From a virus (lineage: Duplodnaviria; Caudoviricetes), in the IMG/VR virus record IMGVR_UViG_3300005611_000135, positions 1-30,786 of that record: DNA of 30,786 bases; one strand, written 5' to 3'. Below are positions 26,207-30,786 of the stretch, piece by piece. The translations under genes and the position numbers were made by a program. Every line of letters begins with the position of its first letter. Position 1 is the first letter of the stretch. The notes under the pieces were generated by a model. It saw only the letters and a program-made list of their open reading frames with translations. It was not told the origin of the DNA and searched no databases.

Positions 26207-26716
26207 ATGGGAAAATTTCAGATTGAAGATTTAATATACCCCGTTACTACGCCATTTCTGATTTCACACAATCAGTTACAAGCCATACGGGAGCATCATC
26301 TGAAGCCTATCAATGAGATAGCATCAAGCGTAAGCATTTACTACGCTTGGTGTTATCGTGATAGGTTGCACGAATGTAAAAATGGAAGGCGACCTGAAAC
26401 AGACACAGAGTTTGAGCATTTTCCACACGTGGTTGGTAAAATGTATTGGTCAGAACATTGCTTTTTACCGAGCCTAAGACAACTTGATGGGAAAGGTGCT
26501 TGTGATATTTCAGGAAAAGATTTACTATCTTTGGCAGAGTTACTCCTTAAACACACCAAGTATTGCAGATACGCGATATACGAAGAAAGCAGGTTTATAC
26601 ACTGCGATTATGCTTGGGGGTACAAAGAGCCAAGGTTTTATTTGGGCGATAAATCTTGGTTGCAGGTTGGCGAGGATAAGTATTTTGAAACAATAAAAAA
26701 TTTATCCAATGGATGA
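26207..26716 (+). CDS. Putative endolysin, peptidase M15 family
   Basis: CYR...SEH...GACDI...FIHCD zinc-ligand pattern. Confidence 0.72.
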   Translation: MGKFQIEDLIYPVTTPFLISHNQLQAIREHHLKPINEIASSVSIYYAWCYRDRLHECKNGRRPETDTEFEHFPHVVGKMYWSEHCFLPSLRQLDGKGACDISGKDLLSLAELLLKHTKYCRYAIYEESRFIHCDYAWGYKEPRFYLGDKSWLQVGEDKYFETIKNLSNG

Positions 26717-26996
26717 TAGGTTAGGTCAACGCCTTGATAAACTTGAAGAGCATCTTGTGCAGGTGTCGGAAACCCTCGCAGGTATTGTAAAAAGCGTTAC
26801 AGCAATAAACATAGGCATACAGGGAAATAATGACCACGACCAACTTGGTTACAGGCATAGGATAAAAAGACTTGAAGATGAAGTTGAAGAGATACAAGAC
26901 TTCAAAAAAAAAATTCAATACACTGCGTCCGCAATAGCGTTTATAGGTTCCTTCGTGGCAAACGCAATATGGATTATTTTTCAAAAACTAAACTAA
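26709..26996 (+). CDS. Coiled-coil membrane protein (holin/XhlA-like)
   Basis: Coiled coil plus one C-terminal TM helix, adjacent to the endolysin. Confidence 0.55.
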   Translation: MDDRLGQRLDKLEEHLVQVSETLAGIVKSVTAINIGIQGNNDHDQLGYRHRIKRLEDEVEEIQDFKKKIQYTASAIAFIGSFVANAIWIIFQKLN

Positions 26997-27002
26997 AAAC
27001 AG

Positions 27003-27269
27003 ATGGCATACGATAAATTTTCAGGTGAACACAAATACGCTAACCAATCATACACTTTTGCAGAAACCGCTGATTACTCTACAAGTGATTATGTTTTCAA
27101 TAGGGTTCCAACAGCACTCAACTGTGATTCTCTTGGCAAACTTCGCGTTGATATGCTTGAAGGCGGTACAAATGTGTTAATACAAGTTGTTTTTGGTGAA
27201 AACAAACTTCGAGTAACGAAGATTTATGCCTCTTCACCAACTACAATGAATGTAGTAGGATTATCCTAA
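27003..27269 (+). CDS. Head spike base protein (RcGTA Rcc01079-like)
   Basis: AL....G.LRV.M..G......LRVTKIYA...T..VVGL matches the recalled family pattern and size. Confidence 0.72.
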   Translation: MAYDKFSGEHKYANQSYTFAETADYSTSDYVFNRVPTALNCDSLGKLRVDMLEGGTNVLIQVVFGENKLRVTKIYASSPTTMNVVGLS

Positions 27270-28216
27270 TGATACAGTTTATTGGAAGTGCGCCAAACGG
27301 TTTCCTGCAATGGTTATCTCAATACTTTTCTAAAAACCTAAACGTGTTTCTGCTTGACAGATACCCTGCGAACTTGCACTATGCGTTTGCGTTAAGAGCG
27401 TTGTCTGAAGAATATGCAGTACGACAGTTTGCGCGTGTGCGAAGAGATGTAGATGGCGCCACTTTTGATGTCACGCAGTCATCATTTGACGATGGCACAC
27501 TTGAGTCGTTTATGACACTAAATGGCACAAATACGTCGATTACAGGAACTGTTGTTCAGTTAAATGACCAATCTAATAATTTAAGAACTGCTACACAGGC
27601 AGACCCCGCAAAACAGCCTACAATATGGAAACCAATATCAGGGTTGGTTACAAATTTTGGAGAACCTGCAATCGAATTCGATGGAATTGACGATGAATTA
27701 ACCGTTACAAATAGCGGTGTTTTATCTGATTTCACCTTATTCTCAATGATAAAATTTAACAACTTGGCGACAGGCATTGGCGCATTAGTTGGTGTTGACC
27801 AAGCAGGCGTCGTATATGATGGCGCTCAAAACGGTATAGGCTATAGTGATGCAGTAACAGCCTTTCAGTTATTGTTAGATAAAGCCAACATAGATGAAAA
27901 TACTGCGTTGTACTCTGTGATGACCGACAAATTAGGTCTTAGACTTTCACCGACTTTAGACGGTATAACCTATGGCAGTCTATCGCCCGCGGGTGGTGAT
28001 TTAGAGGTTGACTTTTCTTCGATAAATGGTCGATTTACAAGCAATATAACAAGCGTAGTTATGCAAGATTTGATTGTTTATAGTGCTGAAAAAACAGCAG
28101 AGCGGGCTGACATTTTAGACTACATAAACTATTATTACCAAAAATATCTTGTTCCAAATGTAGCGGTAGGAACAGGTACGGACTATAACGAACTTATTTG
28201 GAACGCAACAACCTAA
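27269..28216 (+). CDS. Head fibre/spike with ConA/LamG-like lectin domain
   Basis: AFALRAL...RVRR, DQSNN...ATQ....QP, PAIEFDGIDDEL motifs; coupled to the spike base gene. Confidence 0.7.
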   Translation: MIQFIGSAPNGFLQWLSQYFSKNLNVFLLDRYPANLHYAFALRALSEEYAVRQFARVRRDVDGATFDVTQSSFDDGTLESFMTLNGTNTSITGTVVQLNDQSNNLRTATQADPAKQPTIWKPISGLVTNFGEPAIEFDGIDDELTVTNSGVLSDFTLFSMIKFNNLATGIGALVGVDQAGVVYDGAQNGIGYSDAVTAFQLLLDKANIDENTALYSVMTDKLGLRLSPTLDGITYGSLSPAGGDLEVDFSSINGRFTSNITSVVMQDLIVYSAEKTAERADILDYINYYYQKYLVPNVAVGTGTDYNELIWNATT

Positions 28217-28220
28217 AATT

Positions 28221-29018
28221 ATGGACTTAAAAAACAAAAAGTTTAGTGCAACCTACGGGAACCTTCTGACTATAAATACCGTAGCAGGTTCGCCAACTTC
28301 AGGTGATGTCCAAAATGGGGACGGAACAAATATTGCCTCAATGAACATAAATGGGGATTTGTCTGCAACTAATGTTAATGCAAATTTGGCTTCTGCCACG
28401 ACTGTAAACGCTCAAAACACTAATACGACAAATATAACAGCCACGGACGTAAATGCGACAAATATAAACGCCACTACATTTGTTGCTACAGTAGCGACAG
28501 GTGATGCGGGCGGACTGACAAACATAAACGCTCAAAACATAACAGGCGTATATACGGGAAACATTGCTTTGCCTTGGGCTAAACTTGAGTGGACAACAAA
28601 TTATTTTAATCTGCCGAATAATGCCCTGTCAAGACCAAGATGGGATGTTTACGATGATAACACAACTCTATTTGAGGTCTTTGACTTAGGTGGTTTTAAC
28701 CCTCGGTTAAAAGTAAACCAAAATGGATTATACTTGTTTCTCAGTACAGTGCATCTTTATGATATGTATGCAGATATGGATTTGCAGGTTCATCTTATCG
28801 GTGGCAGTAGCAATACTGCGTCAAATGCTATCGTAACTTGTCTTAACGATGAAAAATTTGCTGAGTCACAAGAGGACAGAACGATACAAGGGCAAGCATC
28901 TGTCGAGGCAGTTTCAGGTCAGTATTACACTATAGGAATAGAGCCTTCTGCAAATAGCCCATTTCCGAGTAGTGCAAATAATTGCCCGACATCACTGACC
29001 GTCATAAAAGTCGCTTAA
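28221..29018 (+). CDS. Fibre protein, paralogue A
   Basis: N-terminal anchor, Asn/Thr 5-residue repeats, C1q/TNF-like C-terminal domain. Confidence 0.65.
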   Translation: MDLKNKKFSATYGNLLTINTVAGSPTSGDVQNGDGTNIASMNINGDLSATNVNANLASATTVNAQNTNTTNITATDVNATNINATTFVATVATGDAGGLTNINAQNITGVYTGNIALPWAKLEWTTNYFNLPNNALSRPRWDVYDDNTTLFEVFDLGGFNPRLKVNQNGLYLFLSTVHLYDMYADMDLQVHLIGGSSNTASNAIVTCLNDEKFAESQEDRTIQGQASVEAVSGQYYTIGIEPSANSPFPSSANNCPTSLTVIKVA

Positions 29019-29042
29019 ACAAAAACAAGTAATCGTTGTTTT

Positions 29043-29846
29043 ATGGACTTAAAAAACAAAACAATATCCTCAACGCTTGGGAACCTTCTAACTATCAACA
29101 CTGTGGCAGGTTCGCCAACAGAGGGGGTTGTTCAAAATGGCGATGGTGTAGATGTGAAAAGCATCAACATAGGTGGTGATGTTGTATTAACAAATGTAAA
29201 CGCAACCACAATAAATGCTAACACGGTAGATACTACTACGTTAAATTCAAACATAAACGCCACAAACCTAAACACAACAAACATTGAGGGGGTAAATTTA
29301 GGCTCAACAGTGATAAATTCTAATGGGTTTACATTGTCAAATGTAAGGGGCGAAGAAATTGTAGGTGACAGATTAAGTGCAGGTTCTGTTTATGGTAGAT
29401 ATATTAAAACAACGTGGAACACAAACTATTTCAACTTAACCAATAACCAAAACAACTATATACCTTGGGACTCTTCGATTGATAACGACCCTCAAAATAG
29501 AGTCTTTGAGTTTGTAGTAAGTGGCATCTATCGCAAAGTACAAGTTAAAAGAAGTGGTTGGTATTTATGTTTTGCAACAATTCACTTGTACGATATGTAT
29601 GCAGATATGGACTTACGCGCTTCTATTCAAGTTGACGAATTTATTACATCACCCGCAACCGAGTTTGGTATTATAGATGAAAAATTCATCGAAGGGCAAG
29701 AGGATAGGACAATGCACGCAAAAAGACTTATATACGTGCCTGAAAATTGGTACATAACATATTGGGTCAACCCGTCTGCAAACGCCCCATATCCAAGCAA
29801 CGCAAATAATTGCCCTACTTCTTTATTGATTCTTCAAATATCGTAG
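29043..29846 (+). CDS. Fibre protein, paralogue B
   Basis: Shares GNLLTINTVAGSPT, HLYDMYADMDL, QEDRT and ANNCPTSL with the previous gene. Confidence 0.65.
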   Translation: MDLKNKTISSTLGNLLTINTVAGSPTEGVVQNGDGVDVKSINIGGDVVLTNVNATTINANTVDTTTLNSNINATNLNTTNIEGVNLGSTVINSNGFTLSNVRGEEIVGDRLSAGSVYGRYIKTTWNTNYFNLTNNQNNYIPWDSSIDNDPQNRVFEFVVSGIYRKVQVKRSGWYLCFATIHLYDMYADMDLRASIQVDEFITSPATEFGIIDEKFIEGQEDRTMHAKRLIYVPENWYITYWVNPSANAPYPSNANNCPTSLLILQIS

Positions 29847-29852
29847 GTAAAA

Positions 29853-30752
29853 TTGAAAGCAAGAAAGGTTGGTAATGATGTCATTGTTGTAACTGACATC
29901 TATAAAGGTATTGATTTATTTATATGCTCTGATGTTCACTATGATTCGCTAAAATGCGATAGAAAGTCTTTCAAGGCACACCTTGAGCACATCAAAAGCA
30001 TAGATGGCAAAGTAATAATCGTTGGCGATTTATTTGACGTTATGGGTTGCTATAAAGACCCAAGGTCAAAGAGTGCTGATATTGACCCTAAATACATCGT
30101 CAGAGGACGCTCGTATTTAGACTTGGTTGTAGATGACGCATACGAGTTTCTAAAGCCATACAGGGAAAATATACTAATGATTTCGTATGGCAATCACGAA
30201 ACAGCCATACTAAGGCATAGGGACACCGATATTATTGACAGGCTCGTGTACCTTCTCAACCAAGACAGCGAATTTCAAACGCAGAAGGGAGTATATCAAG
30301 GTTGGATTCAAATGATGTTTCGAATGAGCGAAAAATCAGCGAGAATGAAATCATATCGAATAGCATACCACCACGGTAAGGGTGGTAACGCAAGACGCTC
30401 TAAAGGTATATTGTATTCGCAGTTAGACGCTATGGAGTACCCCGACGCAAACATAATCGTATCAGGGCACGACCACAATAAGTTGTACGACCCAAGCAAC
30501 GTAAGAAGGCGACTGCATTGGAATAAAAGGATATACACATACAAAGATACCGTGCATTGGCTCAAGACGGGTTCTTACAAAAAAAGCGCAGACGACTTCG
30601 GTTGGGAAGTAGAAAAAGGCTTCGCACCAAAACGACTTGGTGGGTGGTTCGTGAATCTCAAAATGAAAGTTAGTGTGGTGACGGATTTCGAGGGCAAGCG
30701 TAAGGAGCAAGCATTTATCAATCCTACAGTAACGGAAGCGGTGCCTCTTTAG
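29853..30752 (+). CDS. Calcineurin-like metallophosphoesterase; ends inside the inverted repeat
   Basis: SDVH, GDLFD, GNHE, HHG and SGHDH motifs; TTG start. Confidence 0.9.
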   Translation: MKARKVGNDVIVVTDIYKGIDLFICSDVHYDSLKCDRKSFKAHLEHIKSIDGKVIIVGDLFDVMGCYKDPRSKSADIDPKYIVRGRSYLDLVVDDAYEFLKPYRENILMISYGNHETAILRHRDTDIIDRLVYLLNQDSEFQTQKGVYQGWIQMMFRMSEKSARMKSYRIAYHHGKGGNARRSKGILYSQLDAMEYPDANIIVSGHDHNKLYDPSNVRRRLHWNKRIYTYKDTVHWLKTGSYKKSADDFGWEVEKGFAPKRLGGWFVNLKMKVSVVTDFEGKRKEQAFINPTVTEAVPL

Positions 30753-30786
30753 ATTTCAAAAGCGCTACTCAAAATGAGTATGCCCG
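30710..30786 (-). repeat. Right terminal inverted repeat (77 bp)
   Basis: Exact reverse complement of 1-77. Confidence 0.97.

Noticed and set aside
28221-29846. Diversity-generating retroelement template/variable repeat pair
   Set aside because: Both copies are full genes, differences are not adenine-specific and no reverse transcriptase is present.

Overview
Near-complete genome of a tailed dsDNA phage (HK97-type head, tape measure and frameshifted tail chaperone, no sheath gene seen, so probably a siphovirus). The host is probably FCB-group (Bacteroidota/Balneolota-like), inferred from TAnnTTTG promoter boxes, mostly SD-less A/C-rich leaders and a GWNL-repeat module. Layout: leftward block (55-3081: putative small terminase, glycosyltransferase, small ORFs); rightward packaging/head/tail operon (3159-21361); a promoter-hairpin-terminator sRNA candidate (21358-21490); leftward early block with ERF recombinase (21588-24006); rightward block with RusA, initiator, SSB-like protein, lysis genes, head spike, two paralogous fibres and a metallophosphoesterase (24098-30752). 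The two ends are a perfect 77-bp inverted repeat. No integrase, DNA polymerase, helicase, protelomerase, tRNA or CRISPR array was recognised. Most notable: (1) a candidate trans-acting sRNA complementary to several of the phage's own translation-initiation regions, (2) inverted termini together with a divergent, degenerate TerS-like gene, (3) a glycosyltransferase alongside Asn-rich virion proteins. All family calls are by-eye motif recognition; no searches were run.
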